Of a DNA stretch of 64,000 nt, positions 38,385-48,422 are shown piece by piece. The stretch is taken from IMG/VR virus record IMGVR_UViG_3300025715_000012, positions 83,413-147,412 of that record; one strand, 5' to 3'. The DNA is from a virus. Taxonomy: Duplodnaviria; Caudoviricetes. Positions within the stretch are counted from its first letter, which is position 1. Each line of letters begins with the position of its first letter. Under the pieces are notes generated by a model. It worked only from the letters and a program-made list of their open reading frames with translations. It did not search any database and was not told the DNA's origin. Made by a program: the position numbers and the translations under genes.

Positions 38385-39377
38385 AGACATATAATTATAA
38401 TTCAATCTTATAGCGTTATCCAAACAATGTTCTTCTATTTGATTAGCATAATTTCTATCAAAATTATTTGATACGGCGTCGAGTTCTTGTAAATCTTTCA
38501 GCTCTTTTATTTCGTCTATATTGTTCAATTTATTATGGCTAACATCCAATATACCTAAACTAAAACATTTTGTTAAATGCTTTAAAGTGGTTATTTCATT
38601 ATAAGAACAATCCAAATTGAATAAACTATAAGAATCTTCTATTCCACTAAGATTTTCTAGTTTATTATGCGAGCAATCAACATAATCCATATTTTTGCCT
38701 TTTAACCAATGTAATGATTCTATTGAGTTATGCGAGCAATCTAAAATCGCTAAATTCTTTAAATGTTTTAAATAATATAAATTTTTTATGTTGTTATATT
38801 GACAAGCCAAACTTTTCAAATTTGTGAGATTTTGAATACCGTCTAAAGAATCAATATTTTCTCTCGAACAATCTATAAAAGATATTTTATTCCAAAACGA
38901 TTTATCAGGATATTTTTTCTTTATGAATTTCATTAAACTGTTATCTTCTGGCTCAGCAAATTTAAAAGTATAGTTCTCTATTTTAGGAGATTTCATATTA
39001 AAAATATATATCAGATCATCAACACAATCCTCGATAAAAAGGCTATCATTAGAGATAATGTTATTGTTATATTTTTCTCCCCCTTTAACAACAAAAACAT
39101 TTACTTTATGCTGGTTAATTATAACTTTTTCTTTAGTATTTATATTATGAATTTCAATATAATTTCCATAATCTTTTATGACATCATTGATAAAATTCCT
39201 TAGAGTGTTTATATCTTCTTTACAAATATACCAAGCTCCTTTCAAGTTAAAAACTTTATTTTTTCTAAAATACTGCATAACTGGATCATCTTTATGGGGT
39301 GGCAATAAAAGTTGTCCGGATTCATATACCCGATTCGATTTTAATTCACTAACAAATTTAGAATATGGACCTAACAT
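38376..39377 (-). CDS. Leucine-rich repeat protein with leader-like N-terminus
   Basis: LDCSHNxLxxL repeats; MLGPYSKFVSE. Confidence 0.88.
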   Translation of the reverse strand: MLGPYSKFVSELKSNRVYESGQLLLPPHKDDPVMQYFRKNKVFNLKGAWYICKEDINTLRNFINDVIKDYGNYIEIHNINTKEKVIINQHKVNVFVVKGGEKYNNNIISNDSLFIEDCVDDLIYIFNMKSPKIENYTFKFAEPEDNSLMKFIKKKYPDKSFWNKISFIDCSRENIDSLDGIQNLTNLKSLACQYNNIKNLYYLKHLKNLAILDCSHNSIESLHWLKGKNMDYVDCSHNKLENLSGIEDSYSLFNLDCSYNEITTLKHLTKCFSLGILDVSHNKLNNIDEIKELKDLQELDAVSNNFDRNYANQIEEHCLDNAIRLNYNYMSLR

Positions 39378-39411
39378 ATTACATATATATTCTATTTAAA
39401 AAATGAATTTT

Positions 39412-39819
39412 TTATTCTTCTTCTCCCCAAGGATCATCCTCTGGACTCAAATTGCTTTTTTTTCTTTCTGTTTTATGATAAATGGTGTTATCAAAATTAT
39501 TATCAATATATCTCCTTAAAATAACCTCGTAATATTTCGTGTTTGAAAACATCCTATCTTTCATTTCTTCGTAATATTTCTCAGTGGATAATTGAGCAAA
39601 GGATGTTGCAACACCGTCTTCATAACGAATTTCGAATAAACCATAAGGTTCTTTAGTAACTTCATCGAAGCCTCCACCATCTTCTTTTAAAGTTCTATTA
39701 TAACTATATCCACATTTACTACAAAAAATATATTCTTCATCGCTTTTGTAGTAATATTCATCAAAGCACTCGCTTTCACATCTCGGACAAGAATAATCAT
39801 ATGATATAACGCTTCCCAT
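39412..39819 (-). CDS. Zinc-ribbon protein with C-terminal DDPWGEEE
   Basis: CPRC, CSKCGY. Confidence 0.75.
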   Translation of the reverse strand: MGSVISYDYSCPRCESECFDEYYYKSDEEYIFCSKCGYSYNRTLKEDGGGFDEVTKEPYGLFEIRYEDGVATSFAQLSTEKYYEEMKDRMFSNTKYYEVILRRYIDNNFDNTIYHKTERKKSNLSPEDDPWGEEE

Positions 39820-39826
39820 ATCTTTT

Positions 39827-40093
39827 TTAATAATTAACTTTCATTAAAGATGTTTCATATAATAAATCATGTTTTATAACATAATCTAATATGTTATCTA
39901 CCTGCTTTTCAGTTAGATGTTTATTGGCTGCCACTGCCATAGCATAGGGAATTTCTCCGTCCTCACCCATATAGACAGAAATGATTTTTTTATCATATAT
40001 TTTTAAGTTCTCTAAAATTTCATCCATATCGAGATCTTTAACGTAATCTCTATACGCGAAACCATAAAAAATTATATCATCGAACATAATCAT
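39827..40093 (-). CDS. Hypothetical protein
   Basis: TAAATTTG at 40099-40106 (-). Confidence 0.55.
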   Translation of the reverse strand: MIMFDDIIFYGFAYRDYVKDLDMDEILENLKIYDKKIISVYMGEDGEIPYAMAVAANKHLTEKQVDNILDYVIKHDLLYETSLMKVNY

Positions 40094-40157
40094 AAGTGCA
40101 AATTTAATAAAAATATTTTAATATATACAAATAATAAATAAAAAAAAATGATATCAA

Positions 40158-40256
40158 ATGAAAAAATTTAATGAATTTCTATTAGAGAATTTAAAATGGA
40201 AAATGAGAGATAGAGGCAGATATTTAGAAACCGAAGCACCCGATTTTAAATGGTGA
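40158..40256 (+). CDS. Short leader-bearing peptide or remnant
   Basis: MKKFNEFLLE...; TAATATATA at 40119. Confidence 0.45.
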   Translation: MKKFNEFLLENLKWKMRDRGRYLETEAPDFKW

Positions 40257-40334
40257 GAAATTTCTGGATCATTGTGTGGAATTGGGCGCTGACGTAGATA
40301 GTAAAGATTACAATTAAAAAAAAATATTAAAAAA

Positions 40335-41111
40335 ATGGATTCACAGACATTCAAAAAGTTTTTTGAAAACTCTAGCACATATCATTCTTTTACAGATATT
40401 TTAAATTTGGCAAAAGAAACATCAGATTATATCTACAACAACGATATAATAAAAAGTAAGTTGTTCAACTCCTTTAAAGAAACCGATAAAGGATTTCAAC
40501 TCATTTTTGATAGAGTAGATAAAGATGATATATTTATAGACGCTAGCAAAAAGACAATTAAAGATAAAGAAGGAATAGATATAAATTTAGATAAAGCCTA
40601 TAGTGACATCGAAGATTTATATAGAGATATCAAATTGGAATTTTATGTAAATATAAAACAGATGAACGAAGGATTAAAAACCTTTGAAAAGTTCGCTGGA
40701 AATAAAATAAAAACTTTCTCTGAAATGTCTTTGATAAATGAAAAATTTACAGAAGAGTTTGATATGAAACTATCAGATGATTATAAATCTTTAAAGAAAG
40801 GAATTTTAGAATTAATTGATCAAACATTAAAAGGTGATGTTACAAAAATACAAAAATTTATCAATGATTATATTGAAGAAGACTCGGAAGAGGTCTTGGA
40901 TGGTTTCATCGAAGACGCGGACATATTCGATACCTATTTGAAATACCAATCGGATATAGACGAATTGCTTGATGAAGAATTAAATTATTTTAATGATGCT
41001 CCAACAGAAATTGGATTATATAATTATGTTGTTCGCGGAACATTTGAAGCAGTTGTCTATTGTATGAAATTAATAAAAGAAGAATTATTTGGAAAAGAAG
41101 AAAATGAATAG
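40335..41111 (+). CDS. Acidic protein with several leader-like segments
   Basis: TFKKFFE, NEGLKTFEKF, IKTFSEMSLINE. Confidence 0.75.
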   Translation: MDSQTFKKFFENSSTYHSFTDILNLAKETSDYIYNNDIIKSKLFNSFKETDKGFQLIFDRVDKDDIFIDASKKTIKDKEGIDINLDKAYSDIEDLYRDIKLEFYVNIKQMNEGLKTFEKFAGNKIKTFSEMSLINEKFTEEFDMKLSDDYKSLKKGILELIDQTLKGDVTKIQKFINDYIEEDSEEVLDGFIEDADIFDTYLKYQSDIDELLDEELNYFNDAPTEIGLYNYVVRGTFEAVVYCMKLIKEELFGKEENE

Positions 41112-41364
41112 AATTAAACTATACGAACAATTTGATTTTGAGGATCTCTCGGATGAAGAGCTCTTTGGTAAAAAAACTGCACCAGAAGTTGGAGACAGGA
41201 TTTTAATTTTAGATACATTAAGATATTACGTTATTCGACATGAATGGGATAAAAATATGTTAGAGATCATAGGAAAAGAGACCTATATCACTGAAATTTA
41301 TCATAATAAATATTATATAAGAGAAGGTTGGTACGTTTATAGAGATTGTTTTGAAATAATTTAG
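41104..41364 (+). CDS. DLSDEELFG-tag cassette protein
   Basis: MNRIKLYEQFDFEDLSDEELFG; paralog of the next ORF. Confidence 0.8.
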   Translation: MNRIKLYEQFDFEDLSDEELFGKKTAPEVGDRILILDTLRYYVIRHEWDKNMLEIIGKETYITEIYHNKYYIREGWYVYRDCFEII

Positions 41365-41371
41365 AAAAAAT

Positions 41372-41662
41372 ATGAAACATTTGAAACTATACGAACAATT
41401 TGATTTCGAAGACCTATCTGACGAGGAGCTTTTTGGTAAAAAAACTGAACCAGATATTGGAGATAAAATTTTAATTTTACCGAATTTAAAAGATTATATT
41501 TATGAATACAATTGGTCTGAAAAGATGTTGGATTTTATAGGAAAAGAATTTTCTATTACTAAAATAGTATTAAAAAATGATTATATAAGTCTTTATAATC
41601 AAAATAGATATTATATAAGAGATGGGTGGTTTATTTTTAGAGATTGTTTTGAATTAATTTAG
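41372..41662 (+). CDS. DLSDEELFG-tag cassette protein
   Basis: MKHLKLYEQFDFEDLSDEELFG...YYIRDGW..RDCFELI. Confidence 0.8.
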   Translation: MKHLKLYEQFDFEDLSDEELFGKKTEPDIGDKILILPNLKDYIYEYNWSEKMLDFIGKEFSITKIVLKNDYISLYNQNRYYIRDGWFIFRDCFELI

Positions 41663-41669
41663 AAAAGAT

Positions 41670-42020
41670 ATGAAGCATTTAAAATTATATGAGCAATATG
41701 ATCTCGAAGATCTCTCAGATGAAGAGATTTTTGGTGAAGAAGTGAAAAGAAATATGTTCAAAGCTAAAGAAGGATACTATGCTATTGAATTGAAAAGAAA
41801 TATGAGAGGCGAAAGACTTTATTTATATAAAGATTTTGAGTGGATTGATGTTGAAACTTATAATAAACATATTGTGAATGATTATCCGTTCTTTAACTTT
41901 GATGAATTAAATGATGATGATGAAATAATGATATATAATGATGGAATTTGGAATAAGCATAGAAAAAAAGATCTTCCAGAAAATATAAAAAAAGAAATAA
42001 ATGATTTAAATTTTTTATGA
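41670..42020 (+). CDS. DLSDEEIFG-tag cassette protein
   Basis: MKHLKLYEQYDLEDLSDEEIFG...KDLPENIKKEI. Confidence 0.8.
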   Translation: MKHLKLYEQYDLEDLSDEEIFGEEVKRNMFKAKEGYYAIELKRNMRGERLYLYKDFEWIDVETYNKHIVNDYPFFNFDELNDDDEIMIYNDGIWNKHRKKDLPENIKKEINDLNFL

Positions 42021-42349
42021 GACACGTAAAACTATATGAACAATATGATTTCGAAGATCTCTCGGACGAGGAGCTTTTTGGGACAAATAGAGGACCTTAT
42101 GACAATATTTTAGAATATGGTGAGAATGGACAGGAATTTAAAGCCGGTGATAGAGTTGTTTTAAAAAAAGATCAAAACCGACATTTAAGAGAAGGCGAGA
42201 TAGGAACTGTAGTTTGTTGTTCTGCTGACGATTACTTGATTTGTTTCGATTTTTATACATATGGGCATGAAGGAAATCCAGATGAAACTTATAATATACC
42301 CAGTGGTCACGGCTGGTATGTTCAAGAAAAATATTTAGAAAAGATATGA
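42017..42349 (+). CDS. DLSDEELFG-tag cassette protein with KOW/SH3-like cargo
   Basis: FKAGDRVV...GEIGTVV...GHGWYV. Confidence 0.8.
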   Translation: MRHVKLYEQYDFEDLSDEELFGTNRGPYDNILEYGENGQEFKAGDRVVLKKDQNRHLREGEIGTVVCCSADDYLICFDFYTYGHEGNPDETYNIPSGHGWYVQEKYLEKI

Positions 42350-42684
42350 AACACGTAAAACTATATGAGCAATTTAATTTTGATGATTTTTCGGACGAGG
42401 AGCTTTTTGGTGGACCAGAGAAAGATCTAAATTTGATGGCTACCGCTGATGATGATGGTAACAATAGTTACTATGTTGTTAAAAAATCTTATAAGAAAGA
42501 TCATTATGTCATTTTATTTGATGATGAATCCAATGTGGAGATTGAAGACGCTCTATTTGGAAACATAGATCCTCCACCTCCATTAGAAAATAGTAAAATT
42601 TCCGTTTTTGTAAATAGTAGAGGATTCGATGAATATAAATGGAAAGATCTACCTAAAGAAATAAAAGATAGAATAAATATTTAA
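42346..42684 (+). CDS. DFSDEELFG-tag cassette protein
   Basis: MKHVKLYEQFNFDDFSDEELFG...KWKDLPKEIKDRINI. Confidence 0.8.
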   Translation: MKHVKLYEQFNFDDFSDEELFGGPEKDLNLMATADDDGNNSYYVVKKSYKKDHYVILFDDESNVEIEDALFGNIDPPPPLENSKISVFVNSRGFDEYKWKDLPKEIKDRINI

Positions 42685-42710
42685 TATATAATAAAAAAAA
42701 AATTAAAAAA

Positions 42711-43574
42711 ATGAAACATTTAAAGCTTTTCGAATATTTTGAAAAAAGAAATGAGGAGGAAGAATCAAAAAGAGATCTTCTTTATTTCTCATTTGATATA
42801 GATGATAATTTACTTCATATGCCAACAAGAATACATATGGAACATCTAGTGGATGGCGAGTGGGTAGTCGAGCCTGTTGACACAGATAAGTTTGCGATAG
42901 TTCGTAAAGATAAAGAAAATTGGAGATATGGACCAGGTGATGAATCATTTGTTGAGTTCAGAGATTGGGGGCCAAGAGGAAAAGATACTTTTATGCATGA
43001 TTTTAAAAAAGCCGTGTATGATGGCAAATTTGGTCCATCTTGGAAAAAATTTATAGAATGCTTGGTAAATGGAAACATATTTTCAATCATAACATCTCGA
43101 GGGCATTCACCAATTAATGTCAGAAGAGCTATAGAATGGTTAATATATGAATATGGATTAAATAAATTCAAAAAACTTAATATAAAAAATGTTGATAATC
43201 AAGAAGATTTCGAAGAGCAAATGACAAATAATCTTTTAGAGTATCACGAGCTTTTTGGAACGGATCCAGATTATGTCATTGATCAATACCTTGATCTTTG
43301 TCCGATATATACAATATCATCACCTGAGTTCAAAGAAAGATTTCCAGGACTAAGTGCAGAGGAAAGTAAAAAGGTCGCCCTTAGAGATTTCAATAAAATA
43401 GTGCATGAATACGCTAATATATTGGGAGTTACTGCAAAATTAGGATTTTCTGATGACGATCCAGCATTTGTGAAAGCAGCCGCTGATGAGTTTTCAAAAT
43501 TGAGAGATGATTTCAAAAACGTAGATTATTCTGTTTTTGATACAGGCGGAAGACAGATGAAAAAATTTATGTAA
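42711..43574 (+). CDS. HAD-like hydrolase with leader
   Basis: MKHLKLFE; FDIDDN (motif I), IITSRGH (motif II), GFSDDD (motif IV); TAATATATA at 42682. Confidence 0.75.
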   Translation: MKHLKLFEYFEKRNEEEESKRDLLYFSFDIDDNLLHMPTRIHMEHLVDGEWVVEPVDTDKFAIVRKDKENWRYGPGDESFVEFRDWGPRGKDTFMHDFKKAVYDGKFGPSWKKFIECLVNGNIFSIITSRGHSPINVRRAIEWLIYEYGLNKFKKLNIKNVDNQEDFEEQMTNNLLEYHELFGTDPDYVIDQYLDLCPIYTISSPEFKERFPGLSAEESKKVALRDFNKIVHEYANILGVTAKLGFSDDDPAFVKAAADEFSKLRDDFKNVDYSVFDTGGRQMKKFM

Positions 43575-43626
43575 TCTTTAAAACAATTTTGTTTTTGTCG
43601 TCTATATTTTAAAAAAGAAATTAAAT

Positions 43627-43911
43627 ATGGAAGATTTATTTTTTGGTCTAATTGAAAAATACGGAGAGAAAGGTTTGCTAGATCTCTATGTTGAAAAAAC
43701 AAGCAAATTAAATTCTTCATTAATGCGTCACAAGACATTGGATAAAGATAAAGATTATTTAGAATATGTCACATCATATAACAATATCTGTAAAGAAATA
43801 GCTGATGTTCAAATATTTACAGAAGCGATTGAATTTTTATTCAATAATTTCGAAATAAATAAACATTATGATAATTTGAGAGAAATGTATGATTCAACAT
43901 ATTTCAGATAA
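43627..43911 (+). CDS. Hypothetical protein, weakly MazG-like
   Basis: ICKEIADVQI. Confidence 0.5.
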   Translation: MEDLFFGLIEKYGEKGLLDLYVEKTSKLNSSLMRHKTLDKDKDYLEYVTSYNNICKEIADVQIFTEAIEFLFNNFEINKHYDNLREMYDSTYFR

Positions 43912-43931
43912 TGTATAAAGTTTCTGGATAG

Positions 43932-44645
43932 TTATAATCCAAATCTTCCTTTTGTTGAATTGTAATTTTGTAAAAAATCATTTGAAGACAAATTCGTGTT
44001 ATATATAGACAAACAAGATATATAACCATTATAATAATTATGACCAGGATAAAAGTAATGTCCGATTCTTATCGGATCAGTATTCGATGCCAATGTGCCA
44101 GAACCAACTGGCCCACCTGATACCTCATATCCATTCAAAAATAATCTTCCACCAATAACACTATCATACGACCAACCTATATTATACCAAGTATTTAATT
44201 CCAAAGCAGGACTCATTGGTGAAACAGGACCCCATGTCCCACCTCTATTAGCACCAAAATCAATCATTCTAGTATAAGGAGCCGATTTATAAAAATAATT
44301 AACAAAATTCGAATTCGATGTTGTTCCATTTTGACACTTTGATATGTGATGACTAGCATAACCAGTTGGAGTTGATATATTATAACACCAAAAAGAAATT
44401 GATATTTTTGATGTCAAATTTAAATTTGTAGTTCCACTGATTGATACATGACCATCAGAACCATTAAATAAAAATTTTCCTTCATTTTCACTATAATATG
44501 TTGCGCCTGTTATTGTTCCATCATAACCATTTCCGCTCAAATCATACCAATCATTTCCACTTCCAGAATAACTCTTTGAATTGGCTGCGTCCACATAAAG
44601 AATCAAATTGTTAGTTACTATATTCGGTCCAGCGTATATTGACAT
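43932..44645 (-). CDS. LamG/concanavalin A-like domain protein (probably virion-associated)
   Basis: LILYVDAANSKSY.GSG..WYDLSGN...QNYNSTKGRFGL. Confidence 0.85.
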   Translation of the reverse strand: MSIYAGPNIVTNNLILYVDAANSKSYSGSGNDWYDLSGNGYDGTITGATYYSENEGKFLFNGSDGHVSISGTTNLNLTSKISISFWCYNISTPTGYASHHISKCQNGTTSNSNFVNYFYKSAPYTRMIDFGANRGGTWGPVSPMSPALELNTWYNIGWSYDSVIGGRLFLNGYEVSGGPVGSGTLASNTDPIRIGHYFYPGHNYYNGYISCLSIYNTNLSSNDFLQNYNSTKGRFGL

Positions 44646-44660
44646 TTTTTGAATATTTTT

Positions 44661-45395
44661 TTATAATCCAAATCTTCCTTTTGTAGAATTGTAATTTTGA
44701 AGAATTTCAGAATCGGATAAGACTTTATTGTAAATTTGAACAGAACTTAGATAACATGGCGTAAAATAAGAAGTTCCACCTCTACTTAAAATATAAAGTA
44801 TTCTATTTCCAAAATTTGATGTGTTATTGTTTGAATAACCACCAACTCCCAATGATAATCTATTTTGCCCGTTTGTGTATAATTTTGTTTCTTTTCCAGA
44901 TGTTATAGTCATATCAAAAATCGCACACCAATTTTTCCAATTCAAATCATTTATGTATGTTTTGGACCACGCGTCATTATTATATCCAACGTTTCCCTTT
45001 ACTGCCAAAAAACATTCATAATTTTGTGATGCTGAATTATCATTAGCTGAGGCAACGAAGCAATCTGAATATGAATTGAAATTTGGACCAAGCTCGTATA
45101 GGACATATATATTAGATAAATCATAAGATTTTAATCTTATATTTAATGTGATGGTCAAAGAATTATAAGAGCTTAAATTTAAGTTATTTATTGTTTTGCA
45201 ATAGTCACCAGATCCATTAAAAGAAAAATAACCATTTTCCCAAGTTATTCCAGTTCCATTGAGAGAAACATTATTATTATTCCCGCTCAAATCATACCAA
45301 TCGGTTCCGCTCCCAGGATAACTCTTCGGATTAGCAGCATCCAGATATAAAACCAATCCATCAGTAACTATTTTTGGTGAATAACTTGTGCTCAT
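44661..45395 (-). CDS. LamG-like domain protein
   Basis: Same conserved ends as its neighbours. Confidence 0.85.
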   Translation of the reverse strand: MSTSYSPKIVTDGLVLYLDAANPKSYPGSGTDWYDLSGNNNNVSLNGTGITWENGYFSFNGSGDYCKTINNLNLSSYNSLTITLNIRLKSYDLSNIYVLYELGPNFNSYSDCFVASANDNSASQNYECFLAVKGNVGYNNDAWSKTYINDLNWKNWCAIFDMTITSGKETKLYTNGQNRLSLGVGGYSNNNTSNFGNRILYILSRGGTSYFTPCYLSSVQIYNKVLSDSEILQNYNSTKGRFGL

Positions 45396-46003
45396 AATCC
45401 AAACCTCCCCTTTATAGAATTATAATTTTGTAAACTTTCAGAAGATGTTAAATTTTTATCGTATATCATTATTGTGGATATTGCACCATCTGTAAAAGTA
45501 TAACTTCCATATTTACTGAAATAAAGCATATTCCAAGGATTTGTTAAAAAATTACAACTTTTAAATTCAACCATATGCCAATTATTATCCAATAAATAAT
45601 CATAAATATTAGTTTTTTGTGAACAGTCCATATGAAAAGTTGGTGAGCCTATTCTGCTATTATAAAATTTGCTTCCAACTCTATATGCCCCCAAAAAATA
45701 AGCACTGCTATTTGGGTCAGCTGTCCAAAATAAAGATTGATTGTCTGTTGTCTTTATCCAAAACACGCATGTCGCTGTCAAGCTGTTTGTCGTCATTCCT
45801 GTGTGTGTGATCCCTCCGCCGCTCATAGAGAAATAACCGCCTCCACTATATGCAAATCCATTATTATCAATAACAAAATCATTTTTATTTCCACTCAAAT
45901 CATACCAATTCGTTCCGCTGCCAGGATAACTCTTTGAATTAGCAGCGTCCAGATATAAAACAAGTCCATCTGTTACAATTCTTGGAGAGTGGTGAAAAGC
46001 CAT
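45392..46003 (-). CDS. LamG-like domain protein
   Basis: Same conserved ends; TAATATATA at 46023-46031 (-). Confidence 0.85.
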   Translation of the reverse strand: MAFHHSPRIVTDGLVLYLDAANSKSYPGSGTNWYDLSGNKNDFVIDNNGFAYSGGGYFSMSGGGITHTGMTTNSLTATCVFWIKTTDNQSLFWTADPNSSAYFLGAYRVGSKFYNSRIGSPTFHMDCSQKTNIYDYLLDNNWHMVEFKSCNFLTNPWNMLYFSKYGSYTFTDGAISTIMIYDKNLTSSESLQNYNSIKGRFGL

Positions 46004-46065
46004 TAAAACAACATTTTTTCTTTATATATTAAAAACTTTTAGGTCAATAACGAATATCATTTTTC

Positions 46066-46581
46066 ATGAAAATAAGCATAATATCAACCATATCGAATAA
46101 TAATATTATAGGTCAAAACGGCTTGATGCCTTGGAAACAATCAAGCGATCTAAAAAGATTTAAAGAAATAACTGAGGGTCATATAGTTATAATGGGAAGA
46201 AAAACATATCAATCCATAGGTGGAAGACTTTCCAAAAGAATAAATATTGTTATAACTCGTGATACTTCATTCACCGCTTTTGGTTGTTATGTTGTTCCCT
46301 CAATAGATGATTCCATAAATCTATCTCAAAAATTGATAGATGATGGCATATTCGAGTTAAATGAAGAAGTATTTATAATAGGTGGAGGTGAGATTTATAA
46401 AGAATTTATGAATAAAGCATCCAAATTATATATAACAAAGTTAAATGTTGATTTAGAAGGAGATACAAAATTTCCAGAAATAGATAAGTCTTGGCGTTTG
46501 ATGTATAAAATATCTCATAAAAAAGATGACAAAAATGAATACGATTATATCTATGAAAATTATGAAAGAAATTTTTTATAG
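46066..46581 (+). CDS. folA: Dihydrofolate reductase
   Basis: IG..G.MPW...DLKRFK..T, IMGRKTYQSI, FIIGGGEIY, GDTKFP. Confidence 0.96.
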   Translation: MKISIISTISNNNIIGQNGLMPWKQSSDLKRFKEITEGHIVIMGRKTYQSIGGRLSKRINIVITRDTSFTAFGCYVVPSIDDSINLSQKLIDDGIFELNEEVFIIGGGEIYKEFMNKASKLYITKLNVDLEGDTKFPEIDKSWRLMYKISHKKDDKNEYDYIYENYERNFL

Positions 46582-46621
46582 CGATAAATATTTTTTAAAT
46601 TTGTAAAAATAAAAATGATAT

Positions 46622-46861
46622 ATGTTGAGCAGAGAAATGACAGAATATACAGGATTTAAAAGAGTTGAGAAATCGGAAACCCCAACCTGGGATGATATTC
46701 TAAATGGCTCGTTGGTTCTATATAAAAATGGATATCTTGAAACTATATATGGTCACGTTAGGTTTTTCTGTAAAAGAGAAGATGGAAGTGATGAATGGAC
46801 GGCTGGATCTAGCGATGATGTCACAGATATAGTTGATTGTTGGTTTAAAAAATTAAAATAA
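46622..46861 (+). CDS. Hypothetical protein
   Basis: TAAATTTG at 46596-46603. Confidence 0.55.
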   Translation: MLSREMTEYTGFKRVEKSETPTWDDILNGSLVLYKNGYLETIYGHVRFFCKREDGSDEWTAGSSDDVTDIVDCWFKKLK

Positions 46862-46865
46862 TAAT

Positions 46866-47072
46866 ATGTATAAAACTGGCGATAAATTAATTTGTAAGAG
46901 AAATATATATAATATGATGGATCAACCTCTATTCATAAAGGGTGAAACATATACTGTTCTTTTTAATGACACAGATAATGAAACGGTATCATTAGATCAT
47001 ATTTTATATGGAAATGAATATGGTGAATTTGATTACGATTTTGTTAAAAAGAATTTTGTTTTTGAATTTTAA
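46866..47072 (+). CDS. Small SH3-like hypothetical protein
   Basis: GDKLICK...FIKGETYTV. Confidence 0.55.
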   Translation: MYKTGDKLICKRNIYNMMDQPLFIKGETYTVLFNDTDNETVSLDHILYGNEYGEFDYDFVKKNFVFEF

Positions 47073-47093
47073 AAAATAAAATGTTCAACAATA

Positions 47094-47813
47094 ATGGGTG
47101 ACAATTTCAAATTTTTATTTGAATATAATGATTATTTAAAAAATGATGTTGAAAATTCAGAAAAAGAACTTTATATTTATAATGAAATAAAAAAAAGAAC
47201 CAAGTTTGATAAATTGGTTTTGTCAGAAGGTTTGATATTCACATATCCAGCTTTAAAATCAATTGAAATAATAAAAAGAAGATTTCCAGAACTAATTGTA
47301 AAACTCGAACCAGATGGTGAGATTTATATTGAAAACCATTCAAACACAAAAGAACTAAAAAAATATTTGCCTCTATTTACAAACCTTGGATATTTTGTAT
47401 CTATTTATACAATAGACGGACAAAGATGGATAAAGAATTATGATGAAAACTCAAAACCAATAGCATTGTATCTTGAAGCAAAATATGATTTAAAAGTTGA
47501 AGTACCAGAAAAATTATATCATGCTTCTCCAATAAAATATAAAGAAAAAATATCAAAAATAGGTTTTATACCTAAAACTGGCAATAAAAAATCAGCCCAT
47601 CCAGATAGAATTTATTTGACATCTAGTTTAGAAACAGCAATTAAATTTGGAGAAAATATTAAAGAAGAAGATGGTTATGATTGTTGTATTTATGAAATAG
47701 ATGGAAAATGCATTCAGAATTTATATAGTGATGTAAATCTAAGAGAACAAGGTTATTATACTTTACAAAATATACCACCAAAATGTTTTAAACTTATAAA
47801 AGAAATTGAATAA
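47094..47813 (+). CDS. ADP-ribosyltransferase-fold (KptA/Tpt1-like) domain protein
   Basis: LYHAS...I...GFIPK...RIYLT...IYEID...NIPP. Confidence 0.65.
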   Translation: MGDNFKFLFEYNDYLKNDVENSEKELYIYNEIKKRTKFDKLVLSEGLIFTYPALKSIEIIKRRFPELIVKLEPDGEIYIENHSNTKELKKYLPLFTNLGYFVSIYTIDGQRWIKNYDENSKPIALYLEAKYDLKVEVPEKLYHASPIKYKEKISKIGFIPKTGNKKSAHPDRIYLTSSLETAIKFGENIKEEDGYDCCIYEIDGKCIQNLYSDVNLREQGYYTLQNIPPKCFKLIKEIE

Positions 47814-47831
47814 AAATAAATAAAATATATT

Positions 47832-48098
47832 ATGATAGAAAATATTAACTTTCCGTATGTGAGAAATGTTTCTTCTAAAACAATCGCAGGAGATATTAAA
47901 CATTATGACCCAAATGATCCAAATTGCGTTAGAGAGTGGAAAAAAGTTACCGACGAAATTTTCAATAAAGTAAAAGACGAACTTGATGCAAAAGGAATAC
48001 CAATGCCGAAAATAGTTTTTGATACATCCAAAGAACCAATCACTTATGCTGTAAAAACAACTGACGAAAATGGTAATATAATACATACACAACCATAA
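47832..48098 (+). CDS. Hypothetical protein
   Basis: 88-aa ORF. Confidence 0.55.
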   Translation: MIENINFPYVRNVSSKTIAGDIKHYDPNDPNCVREWKKVTDEIFNKVKDELDAKGIPMPKIVFDTSKEPITYAVKTTDENGNIIHTQP

Positions 48099-48167
48099 AA
48101 ATAAGAATAAAAAATGTATAAAGAAAGAGAGGCTGTTTTCTAGTTATTAAAAAATAATTAGAAAACT

Positions 48168-48422
48168 ATGACAGACAAAAAAATCATGGACACCACAGAT
48201 AATAATGGTGTCTACAACAAAGCCAGAAAACAATATTTAGCAAATTCTGGTAAAATTCATTGCTCGTTTTGCCCTTATCACAAAAATGAAAATTTTACTG
48301 GAGTTTATTTTGGATTTGATTATAAAGGAGTATATTTGTATCCAAATTGGAAATTGACCACAAAGGTTAGAAAACAATGGATGAAAAATTTCAAAAAAAT
48401 AAAAATGAGGAATATATCGTGA
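48168..48422 (+). CDS. Hypothetical phage protein
   Basis: CSFCPYH, PNWKL..K.RKQW. Confidence 0.6.
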   Translation: MTDKKIMDTTDNNGVYNKARKQYLANSGKIHCSFCPYHKNENFTGVYFGFDYKGVYLYPNWKLTTKVRKQWMKNFKKIKMRNIS

